Source of the DNA: Pristiophorus japonicus
Taxonomy: Eukaryota
Direction: 5' to 3'
NCBI RefSeq assembly: GCF_044704955.1
Contig: NC_091999.1
Location: 10,044,001-10,108,000, forward strand
DNA: 64,000 nt
In this document: positions 12,290-21,552 of the stretch, one piece after another
Layout: the number at the start of each line of letters is the position of its first letter
Position numbering within the stretch: the stretch's first letter is position 1
Program-made: the position numbers and the translations under genes
Notes under the pieces: model-generated
Seen by the model: only the letters and a program-made list of their open reading frames with translations
What the model was told of the DNA's origin: nothing
Databases searched by the model: none

Positions 12290-12640
12290 GGGAGAGACAG
12301 ATGGAGAGAAGTAGATAAAGAAACAGATTGAAATAAACAGAAGGGAAGGGAGTGAGAGATAATGAGAGAGTGAAACAATGTGAGATTGAGAAAGAGAGAG
12401 AGACAGAGATAAGTACGGTGAGAGAGAGAGAGAGAGCGAGAGAGAGATACAAAAAAAGGGACACAGTGAGAGACAGAGAGACAGACAAAACGGAAGATAG
12501 GCATACAAAGACATGGAGAGAATGACATACATACATTGAGAATTAGATGGAGATGAGAGACACAGAGATAGTGAAAAAGAGAGGCAATGAAATAGAGTGT
12601 CAGAGAAATTGCCACATTGAGACAAACAGAGAGAGAAGCT
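12290..12640. repeat. GA-rich low-complexity repeat
   Basis: (GA)n and GAGACA runs. Confidence 0.9.
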
Positions 12641-12937
12641 GAAGCAAAGGTCTTACATCATTCAACTAAAAAAAGGAAGAAGAGATATGAAATAATTATG
12701 GATAAAGATTGTCGACAAGGGGTGAGATGGCACAGGCATGCACGGAAAGGGCATTGAAAGAAAATGTGCCACAGATGATTTGCGCAGTGTATTTCTATTT
12801 TAAATGCGCTTTAAAATCACTAGCTAATATAATTCCACCGGCGAATGTCAAGAATTATGTTTTATATAAATTTTAAGAGAACCCCTGTGAATCTCACTGT
12901 GGAGGCTGAATTGTCGCTTCTATTTATCAGCGTGAGA

Positions 12938-12951
12938 GCGCCCTCTTGTGA
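12938..12951 (-). promoter_or_regulatory. RSS-adjacent CTCF-like motif
   Basis: Reverse complement TCACAAGAGGGCGC, 24 bp beyond the nonamer. Confidence 0.55.
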
Positions 12952-12975
12952 GCATTAACTGGAACTCCCAGAGTG

Positions 12976-13015
12976 GGTTTTTGTACGGGATCCGCTATAT
13001 CTCTGCACCAGTGTG
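12976..13015 (-). other. Recombination signal sequence, 24-bp spacer
   Basis: CACACTG (13015-13009), 24 bp, ACAAAAACC (12984-12976). Confidence 0.9.
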
Positions 13016-13474
13016 GGGCTCATGGCACAGAAATACACGGCGGTGTCTGAGATCACTGCCTTGCTGATCGTTAGCTCAGTAATCTTAGTCATTTTATGAA
13101 ACATAGAGGAGAATCGGTCAGTGAAGTCGGGGTTCCGGTTTACTGCCGTTCCAAAAAGGTAAAACACGTACTGTGGGGGCTGCCCAGGGTGCTGACTGTA
13201 CCAGAAGACATAAGGGTTAGAATAGCTGGTTTTCAAGCTGCAGTTTAGTGTGACATTCGTTTCCTCTTCAACCATCATTTCGAGAACCGACTGTTCCACT
13301 GTGTCTTGTTGGCTCCATTCTATAATAACATAATAGTAATGGTCATCATCACATTATCATCTTCATTATCACTTTACCAATAATAACATCAGGGGCAGAA
13401 TTATTATTTTTGCGAAGGAAATACTTACTGAGAAGTGATATAATGATTAGGAGCGGTGCGAGACGGTTCCACAT
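13016..13474 (-). CDS. TRAV: Intact TCR alpha/delta V gene segment (leader 13474-13429, V exon 13319-13016)
   Basis: Leader MWNRLAPLLIIISLL with GT-AG intron; KWSQQDTVEQSVLEMMVEEETNVTLNC..YVFWYSQHPGQPPQY..RFSS..LTISKAVISDTAVYFCAMSP; Cys/Trp/Cys conserved; symbol is group-level only. Confidence 0.92.
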
Positions 13475-14069
13475 GATGCTCCCTGAGTCTGTAACTCAGC
13501 AGTCCTAGAAATCCTCTGTCGGAGCCGCAATACAGATCCCCGCTCCACTTCACTGCTGGTCCAACCAATGTGAAGCAGGGAACAGTGACAGCGATCTCTC
13601 CAATTACACAGGGCAGGCAAGGCGGGGCAGAGCGACAGCAGCAAATGGAAGCTGTGGGCGTGGCCGTCGCGGGCAGTGTTGTCACACGCCTGCAAGAACA
13701 GAATTCAGAATAATGTCCCCTTCGTAAATTATACAACTCTTCCGCTCGATAAGACTTGAGTTAATTTCACATTTATTGCAAATTCGGGGCAAGCAGATTA
13801 GCGACAGGAATTGCAAAATTATTCAACAGTTTCTGAAATCTTCAACAGTGAAGTGGGTTAAAACCTAGTACTGTAATAAGCGATGGGAACGAGAACAAAA
13901 CTGTTAGGACATGTATAACATTAATGAGCTGAAATGCGAAATCAAAAGGAAATTCATCTTAATTTATATTGAACAATATAATTGCATATAGACCACTGCC
14001 CTTTGACTGAACTGGTCGTTTTCGGAACCGATTTCACTGTCCCCCAATCTATTCAGACTTATCAGTGAG

Positions 14070-14383
14070 AAGAAGTTGTACGAGAGCGGGGCTTTTCCCC
14101 AAACTGAGGCCTGTAGCACAGCAATAGGTTCTGGTTCCACAAACTCTGCCTGGCCAAAGCAGAGTGTGCTCAGATTTTGAGCCCGGTCGGTGTGGATCTT
14201 CAAACCAGACTTGGTGACGTTCTGCTTTAAATCTACAATGGATGTATCTCGGGGCTGCGCTCACCAGTTGGCTGTACCAACAGATGTTGTCGATCGTGCT
14301 GAATCAGCGCTGGAGTCTGACAGGATTTCCTTCCACTGCGAAGTCTCAGGCAGGTAGAGAAATCTGGGCCAATCTCGTTGCAC
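14070..14383 (-). pseudogene. V pseudogene (unit 1)
   Basis: ..VEGNPVRL..ICWYSQLVSAAPRYI..TYCCAT with stops and frameshifts; decayed RSS CTCAGTT, 22 bp, ACAACTTCT. Confidence 0.75.
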
Positions 14384-14406
14384 CTTTCAACAAAAGTTAA
14401 GAATTA

Positions 14407-14835
14407 CTGGAGTTCAGAAGAATGAGAGGGGACCTCATAGAAACATATAAAATTCTGACGGGGTTAGACAGGTTAGATGCAGGAAGAATGTTCCCAATGT
14501 TGGGGAAGTCCAGAACCAGGGGTCACAGTCTAAGGATAAGGGGTAAGCCATTTAGGACCGAGATGCGGAGGAACTTCTTCACCCAGAGAGTGGTGAACCT
14601 GTGGAATTCTCTACCACAGAAAGTTGTTGAGGCCAATTCACTAAATATATTCAAAAAGGAGTTAGATGAGGTCCTTACTGCTAGGGGGATCAAGGGGTAT
14701 GGCGAGAAAGCAGGAATGGGGTACTGAAGTTGAATGTTCAGCCATGAACTCATTGAATGGCGGTGCAGGCTAGAAGGGCCGAATGGCCTACTCCTGCACC
14801 TATTTTCTATGTTTCTATGTTTCTATGTTTCTATG
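14407..14835 (+). mobile_element. Young CR1 3' fragment
   Basis: ORF 14422..14727 is the CR1 ORF2 C-terminus; (TTTCTATG)4 tail. Confidence 0.95.
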
Positions 14836-15251
14836 TAAAGCATAGAATCAGCTCATAGAATCAGAGAACAATTGGGAAATAGAGAAGATAACGTTTTAAA
14901 GAAAGTGAGAAAGGAACAGAGTTCAAAACATAGATAGAGGAAAAGAAAGTAAAAGTATGAAAGAAAGAATGAGAAAGACAAAGCTGTGCAATACTGAGAG
15001 TGTAGCGGACAGCAAATGAGAAAAGGGGGAAAAAGAAATGAAAGACGGTGATAAGCAACGAGAAAAGAGCAACGCTATTGGTAAAACATGTTCTTTCCTT
15101 TACATTCACTCACATTTCACTTCTGCCTATTTAGTCAGTTGAATTGTCTGAAACAATAGTCTCCAAATAACTGGCCGCTGGAAACCACCCCATCGATGAA
15201 CTCACACTTTACTCTGCCCATTATCCTGACTGTGTGAAATCCTCAGAATCA

Positions 15252-15265
15252 CCGTCAGAGGGCGC
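15252..15265 (+). promoter_or_regulatory. CTCF-like motif upstream of V promoter (copy at 18833-18846)
   Basis: CCGTCAGAGGGCGC. Confidence 0.5.
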
Positions 15266-15528
15266 CGTGGTCACATGTTCCTCATCGTTATCACCCGCAA
15301 ATTCTAGAGACAAATCTTGCAGTAGTACTGCCCACAGCAGCCCCGCCCACAGCTTCCGTTTGCCGCTCTCGCTCAGGCCCGCCTTGCCAGCCTTGTGTTA
15401 TTGATGAAATTTCTGCCGTTGCTCCCTGTTTGCATTGGTGGGATCAGCATTGCAGTGGCGCGGGGATCTGTAATTCTGCTCCCACAGAGCATTTACCGGA
15501 CTGCAGAGTTATACACAGAGGGAGCATC

Positions 15529-16031
15529 ATGCGGAACTGCCTCACAGCAGTCCTCATCATTATATCACTTCTCAGTAAGTCTTTCCTTCTCATTAAAAAT
15601 CCATTCTCACCTGAGCTGCTGTAGCTCAGCTGTTATTATTGGTAAAATGATGTTGATAATTATGTTGATTGGGATTATGATGATTGTGATTATGTAGATT
15701 CTAACAATTGCAATTATTTTATGTTAGAATTGAGCCACCAAGACACAGTGGAACAGCTGGCCCCTGAAATGACAATTGACGAGGAAAGCAATGTCACACT
15801 AACCTGCACCTTGAAAACAAGCGTTACTGCCCCTTATGTGTACTGGTACAGTCAGCACACAGGGAAGCCTCCACATTACGTGCTTCATCTTCTTGGAGGG
15901 GAGGTATACAGGAACACTGACATCACTGATCGATTCTTCTCTACGTTTACTAAATCTACCAAGATTACCGAGCTCACGATCGGCAAAGCTCTGATCTCCG
16001 ACACCGCCGTGTATTTCTGTGCCATGGAGCC
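15529..16031 (+). CDS. TRAV: Intact TCR alpha/delta V gene segment (leader 15529-15574, V exon 15728-16031)
   Basis: Leader MRNCLTAVLIIISLL; KLSHQDTVEQLAPEMTIDEESNVTLTC..YVYWYSQHTGKPPHY..LTIGKALISDTAVYFCAMEP. Confidence 0.92.
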
Positions 16032-16071
16032 CACACTGCTGCAGAGCTATAGTGGATCCCTTACAAAAACC
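16032..16071 (+). other. Recombination signal sequence, 24-bp spacer
   Basis: CACACTG (16032-16038), 24 bp, ACAAAAACC (16063-16071). Confidence 0.9.
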
Positions 16072-16095
16072 CAAGCTGAGAGTCCCAGTTGCTGT

Positions 16096-16109
16096 GCAGC
16101 AGAGGGCGC
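16096..16109 (+). promoter_or_regulatory. RSS-adjacent CTCF-like motif
   Basis: GCAGCAGAGGGCGC, 24 bp beyond the nonamer. Confidence 0.6.
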
Positions 16110-16179
16110 TGTCACACTGATAATCAGAAGCAATAATTCAGCCACCACAGTCAGAGTCACAGGGAGATTCTTTAAAGGG

Positions 16180-16277
16180 CGACATAACAAAACCAACGAC
16201 AAGTCTGCCCTTCTGTTTCATTCTGCACTCTTGAAGACAGAGTCGGAGTGACACAATCTCCATGGTTCAGATCTGAA
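16180..16277 (-). pseudogene. Truncated V exon 5' fragment
   Basis: Acceptor TTTTCAG then DLNHGDCVTPTLSSRV..EGQT, homologous to the V at 36663-37008. Confidence 0.65.
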
Positions 16278-16522
16278 AATATATGTTCAATCGGGGCACG
16301 ACAAGGGGTGAGATGGCACAGGCATGCACGGAAAGGGCATTGAAAAAAATGTGCCACAGATGATTTGCGCAGTGTATTTCTATTTTAAATGTGCTTTAAA
16401 ATCACCAGCTAATATAATTCCACCGGCGAATGTTAAGAATTATGTTTTATTTAAATTTTAAGAGAACCCCTGTGAATCTTCCTGTGGAGGCTGAATTGTC
16501 GCTTCGACTTATCAGCGTGAGA

Positions 16523-16600
16523 GCGCCCTCTTGTGAGCACTAACTGGAACACCCAGTGTGGGTTTTTGTACGGGATCCGCTATATCTCTGCACCAGTGTG
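16523..16600 (-). other. RSS (24-bp spacer) plus adjacent CTCF-like motif
   Basis: CACACTG 16600-16594, nonamer 16569-16561, TCACAAGAGGGCGC 16536-16523. Confidence 0.85.
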
Positions 16601-17059
16601 GGGCTCATGGCACAGAAATACAAGGCGGTGTCTGAGATCACTGCCTTACTGATCGTTAGCTCAGTAATCTTAGTCATTTTATGAAACGTAGAAGAGAATC
16701 GGTCAGTGAAGTCGGGGTTCCGGTTTACTGCTGTTCCAAAAAGGTAAAACACGTACTGTGGGGGCTGCCCAGGGTGCTGACTGTACCAGAAGACAAAAGG
16801 GCTAGGATTGCTGGTTTTCAAGCTGCAGTTTAGTGTGACATTCGTTTCCTCTTCAACCATCATTTCGAGAACTGACTGTTCCACTGTGTCTTGTTGGCTC
16901 CATTCTATAATAAAATAATAGTAATGGTCATCATCACATTATCATCTTCATTATCACTTTACCAATATTAACATCAGGGGCAGAATTATTTTTTTTGCGA
17001 AGGAAATACTTACTGAGAAGTGATATAATGATTAGGAGCGGTGCGAGACGGTTCCACAT
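16601..17059 (-). CDS. TRAV: Intact TCR alpha/delta V gene segment (leader 17059-17014, V exon 16904-16601)
   Basis: Paralog of 13016-13474; ..NCSLKTSNPSPFVFWYSQ..DTALYFCAMSP. Confidence 0.92.
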
Positions 17060-17650
17060 GATGCTCCCTGAGTCTGTAACTCAGCAGTCCGAGAAATCCT
17101 CTGTCGGAGCAGCAATACAGATCCCCGCTCCACTTCACTGCTCGTTCAACCAATGTGAAGCAGGGAACAGCGACAGCGATCTCTCCAATTACACAGGGCA
17201 GGCAAGGCGTGGCAAAGCGACAGCAGCAAATGGAAGCTGTGGGCGTGGCTGTCGCGGGCAGTGTTGTCACACGCTTGCGAGAACAGAATTCAGAGTAATG
17301 TCCCCTTCATAAATTATACAACTCTTCCGCTCGATAAGACTTGAGTTAATTTCACATTTATTGCAAATTCGGGGCAAGCAGATTACAGGAATTGCAAAAT
17401 TATTCAACAGTTTCCAAAATCTTCAACGGTGAAGTAGTTTAAAACCTGGTACTGCAATAAGCGATGGGAACGAGAACAAAACTGTTAAGACATGTATAAC
17501 ATTAATGAGCTGAAATGCGAAATCAAAAGGAATTTCATCTTAATTTATATTGAATAATATAATTGCATATAGACCATTGCCCTTTGACTGAACTGGTCGT
17601 TTTCGGAACCGATTTGACTGTCCCCCAATCTATTCAGACTTATCAGTGAG

Positions 17651-17964
17651 AAGAAGTTGTACGAGAGCGGGGCTTTTCCCCAAACTGAGGCCTGTAGCAC
17701 AGCAATAGGTTCTGGTTCCACAAACTCTGCCTGGCCGAAGCAGAGTGTGCTCAGATTTTGAGCCCGGTCGGTGTGGATCTTTAAACCAGACTTGGTGACG
17801 TTCTGCTTTAAATCTACAATGGATGTATCTCGGGGCTGCGCTCACCAGTTGGCTGTACCAACAGATGTTGTCGATCGTGCTGAATCAGCGCTGGAGTCTG
17901 ACAGGATTTCCTTCCACTGCGAAGTCTCAGGCAGGTAGAGAAATCTGGGCCAATCTCGTTGCAC
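17651..17964 (-). pseudogene. V pseudogene (unit 2)
   Basis: Duplicate of 14070-14383. Confidence 0.75.
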
Positions 17965-17987
17965 CTTTCGACAAAAGTTAAGAATTA

Positions 17988-18416
17988 CTGGAGTTCAGAA
18001 GAATGAGAGGGGACCTCATAGAAACATATAAAATTCTGACGGGGTTAGACAGGTTAGATGCAGGAAGAATGTTCCCAATGTTGGGGAAGTCCAGAACCAG
18101 GGGTCACAGTCTAAGGATAAGGGGTAAGCCATTTAGGACCGAGATGCGGAGGAACTTCTTCACCCAGAGAGTGGTGAACCTGTGGAATTCTCTACCACAG
18201 AAAGTTGTTGAGGCCAATTCACTAAATATATTCAAAAAGGAGTTAGATGAGGTCCTTACTGCTAGGGGGATCAAGGGGTATGGCGAGAAAGCAGGAATGG
18301 GGTACTGAAGTTGAATGTTCAGCCATGAACTCATTGAATGGCGGTGCAGGCTAGAAGGGCCGAATGGCCTACTCCTGCACCTATTTTCTATGTTTCTATG
18401 TTTCTATGTTTCTATG
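17988..18416 (+). mobile_element. Young CR1 3' fragment (duplicated with the unit)
   Basis: ORF 18003..18308 identical to 14422..14727. Confidence 0.95.
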
Positions 18417-19109
18417 TAAAGCATAGAATCAGCTCATAGAATCAGAGAACAATTGGGAAATAGAGAAGATAACGTTTTAAAGAAAGTGAGAAAGGAACAG
18501 AGTTCAAAACATAGATAGAGGAAAAGAAAGTAAAAGTATGAAAGAAAGAATGAGAAAGACAAAGCTGTGCAATACTGAGAGTGTAGCGGACAGCAAATGA
18601 GAAAAGGGGGAAAAAGAAATGAAAGACGGTGATAAGCAACGAGAAAAGAGCAACGCTATTGGTAAAACATGTTCTTTCCTTTACATTCACTCACATTTCA
18701 CTTCTGCCTATTTAGTCAGTTGAATTGTCTGAAACAATAGTCTCCAAATAACTGGCCGCTGGAAACCACCCCATCGATGAACTCACACTTTACTCTGCCC
18801 ATTATCCTGACTGTGTGAAATCCTCAGAATCACCGTCAGAGGGCGCCGTGGTCACATGTTCCTCATCGTTATCACCCGCAAATTCTAGAGACAAATCTTG
18901 CAGTAGTACTGCCCACAGCAGCCCCGCCCACAGCTTCCGTTTGCCGCTCTCGCTCAGGCCCGCCTTGCCAGCCTTGTGTTATTGATGAAATTTCTGCCGT
19001 TGCTCCCTGTTTGCATTGGTGGGATCAGCATTGCAGTGGCGCGGGGATCTGTAATTCTGCTCCCACAGAGCATTTACCGGACTGCAGAGTTATACACAGA
19101 GGGAGCATC

Positions 19110-19612
19110 ATGCGGAACTGCCTCACAGCAGTCCTCATCATTATATCACTTCTCAGTAAGTCTTTCCTTCTCATTAAAAATCCATTCTCACCTGAGCTGC
19201 TGCAGCTCAGCTGTTATTATTGGTAAAATTATGTTGATAATTATGTTGATTGGGATTATGATGATTGTGATTATGTAGATTCTGACAATTGCAATTATTT
19301 TATGTTAGAATTGAGCCACCAAGACACAGTGGAACAGCTGGCCCCTGAAATGACAATTGACGAGGAAAGCAATGTCACACTAACCTGCACCTTGAAAACA
19401 AGCGTTACTGCCCCTTATGTGTACTGGTACAGTCAGCACACAGGGAAGCCTCCACATTACGTGCTTCATCTTCTTGGAGGGGAGGTATACAGGAACACTG
19501 ACATCACTGATCGATTCTTCTCTACGTTTACTAAATCTACCAAGATTACCGAGCTCACGATCGGCAAAGCTCTGATCTCCGACACCGCCGTGTATTTCTG
19601 TGCCATGGAGCC
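19110..19612 (+). CDS. TRAV: Intact TCR alpha/delta V gene segment (leader 19110-19155, V exon 19309-19612)
   Basis: Protein-identical V domain to 15529-16031. Confidence 0.92.
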
Positions 19613-19690
19613 CACACTTCTGCAGAGCTATAGTGGATCCCTTACAAAAACCCAAGCTGAGAGTCCCAGTTGCTGTGCAGCAGAGGGCGC
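19613..19690 (+). other. RSS (24-bp spacer) plus adjacent CTCF-like motif
   Basis: CACACTT 19613-19619, ACAAAAACC 19644-19652, GCAGCAGAGGGCGC 19677-19690. Confidence 0.85.
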
Positions 19691-19759
19691 TGTCACACTG
19701 ATAATCAGAAGCAATAATTCAGCCACCACAGTCAGAGTCACAGGGAGATTCTTTAAAGG

Positions 19760-19955
19760 GCGACATAACAAAACCAACGACAAGTCTGTCCTTCTGTTTC
19801 TTTCTTCACTCTTGAATACAGAGTCTGAGTGACACAATCTCCATGGTTCAGATCTGAAAATATATGTTCAATCGAGGAAAGGACAAACCATCGAGTGTTT
19901 GCAATTCAGAACCAAAAAATGTTGCAATTTAGAGAAAAGAGGAAACGTGTTTCAT
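19760..19955 (-). pseudogene. Truncated V: leader plus 5' part of V exon
   Basis: Leader MKHVSSFL*IATFF (19955-19913), GT donor, then DLNHGDCVTQTL.. Confidence 0.65.
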
Positions 19956-19959
19956 GCAG

Positions 19960-20290
19960 AATCATCACTGCCATCAATTTACCAATACTAACACCTGGGT
20001 TACAACAGTCTGGGGGAGGATGTTTTTTTGCTGGGAATGTAATATTACTGAGAAGTGACATAATGATGAGGAGCGGTGCGAGGCGGTTCTGCATGTTGCC
20101 CCTGAGTCTGGATCGTTGCAGTCCAGGAAATTCTCTGTTGGAGCAGAAATACAGATGTTCGCCCAACTGCATTGTTGATCCAACCAATGTCATACAATTA
20201 ACGGCGGGAGCAATCTCTCCAATAACTCAGGGCAGGCATGGCGGGTCAGAGCGAGAGGAGCAAATGTAAGCTGTGAGCGGGGCTGGTAAA
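19960..20290 (-). pseudogene. Promoter and leader of the duplicated V family, V exon deleted
   Basis: MQNRLAPLLIIMSLL with GT donor, partial intron and upstream GC-box module. Confidence 0.8.
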
Positions 20291-20779
20291 GTGGAAGGGA
20301 GAATAAATAAATAGTCACCTGACCCCTTCCTCTGAGCTATCTGCACCTCATCTCTTCCCATTCTTCAGAAACATGTCAGTCATTCCCAATTTCATTCATA
20401 TAACAGGTGCCATTTTTATAATTTACCATATCGTTGTGTTAGAATACCCCAGGACCAGCTGGTTGTCTATATTAACCTTTATATCACCAGTGGGTAGATC
20501 TAATGGTCAATGTGCAGCTCTTGTAATTGGAGCTCCTTCTGATACGTGTACAACAGTAACTGTTTCCCTTTACTGCCCCCAGCTTATAGATTGCACCAGT
20601 TTAGAGAATTGCGACCCCATTGCATCTGAAAACAGTGGACGATTTGCTGTCCAAACAACGTGAAATTTATATTTTTATCCGTTCAGGGACCTCTACTCAT
20701 CAGTTCAAGACGGCAGCAAGTAGATTGCACTGAGGGAATGTGGCTGTGCTGATTGTGTCCAGAAAGAGAAGCAAGATAT

Positions 20780-20990
20780 GAAAAACAACCTGCGACTCAG
20801 AGATGAGTGGGTGCAGCTTATCATATGATCTTCAGGAATTGTCTGACGGATTGTTAAAAGTGTTGGCGCATTGCTGTGAAGTAATGAATCCAATTCTGGA
20901 ATAGTTTGCATCGAGTCTGTACCTCATTCATCTCAAAATGTTGACAACTGAACATACATCAATATCCTCCTCAAGATATAAATCATTGTG
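20780..20990 (-). pseudogene. Possible highly decayed V remnant
   Basis: ..VCSVVNILR*MRYR..LLTIRQTIPED..SC loosely follows V framework motifs. Confidence 0.3.
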
Positions 20991-21290
20991 TGCCCGTCTG
21001 TGTTTATTTTGGAATGTGTGTCTGTGTGTGTTTGAGCGTGTGTCTATCTGTGTTTCTGTAATTCTGTGCGTTTCTGAGTGTGAGTGTGAGTGTGTGTGTG
21101 TGTGCGTGAGTGTGACTGTATGTATGAGTGTGTGTGGGAGAGAGAGAGTGTGGCTTTGTGTTTGAGTGTGTGAATGGGTGTGCATGTGTGTGTTTGAGTG
21201 TGCGTGTATGTCTATGTGTATGAGTTTGTGTGCGCGTGGGTGTGAGTGTGTGTGCGTGTGTGCGAGTGTGTGTGTTTGAGTGCTTCTTTG
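20985..21290. repeat. (GT)n-rich microsatellite region
   Basis: Directly visible. Confidence 0.95.
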
Positions 21291-21552
21291 GCTGTGCCTG
21301 TGGTAATGTCTTTTTTTCTCTCCAATGCTCTGCATGAGGCTTGTATTTGACACAATGGTGCGCATCTGATCACTTGTTAAAGAGCTTGCATCTCAAGCAA
21401 AGTCGAAGTAAATATACGTCAATAAGCTCCAAATATGTCAAACATTGTGTGTATTTTTGTTAATGTTCGTATGTGTGTGTAACCTATATTTTTATGACTG
21501 CAACTATTAATGGGACGCATTGACGACAGAAATGTCTTCACTTTTCACCTGA

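Larger units (their letters stand above)
12715..19873. repeat. Tandem segmental duplication, 2 x ~3.58 kb
   Basis: Unit 1 ~12715-16292 and unit 2 ~16299-19873; matching ORFs offset by 3581-3585. Confidence 0.97.

Noticed and set aside
12172-12625. Long hydrophobic or His/Thr-rich ORFs (also 1662, 20928, 49171, 57048)
   Set aside because: Translations of simple repeats
15395-15697. 100-aa membrane-protein-like ORF (and copy at 18976)
   Set aside because: Off-frame read through the V 5' UTR, leader and ATT/GAT-rich intron; the true leader is 15529-15574
20400-20630. Possible minus-strand V remnant (VSEGAPIT..YRQPAG)
   Set aside because: Only two short motifs in different frames
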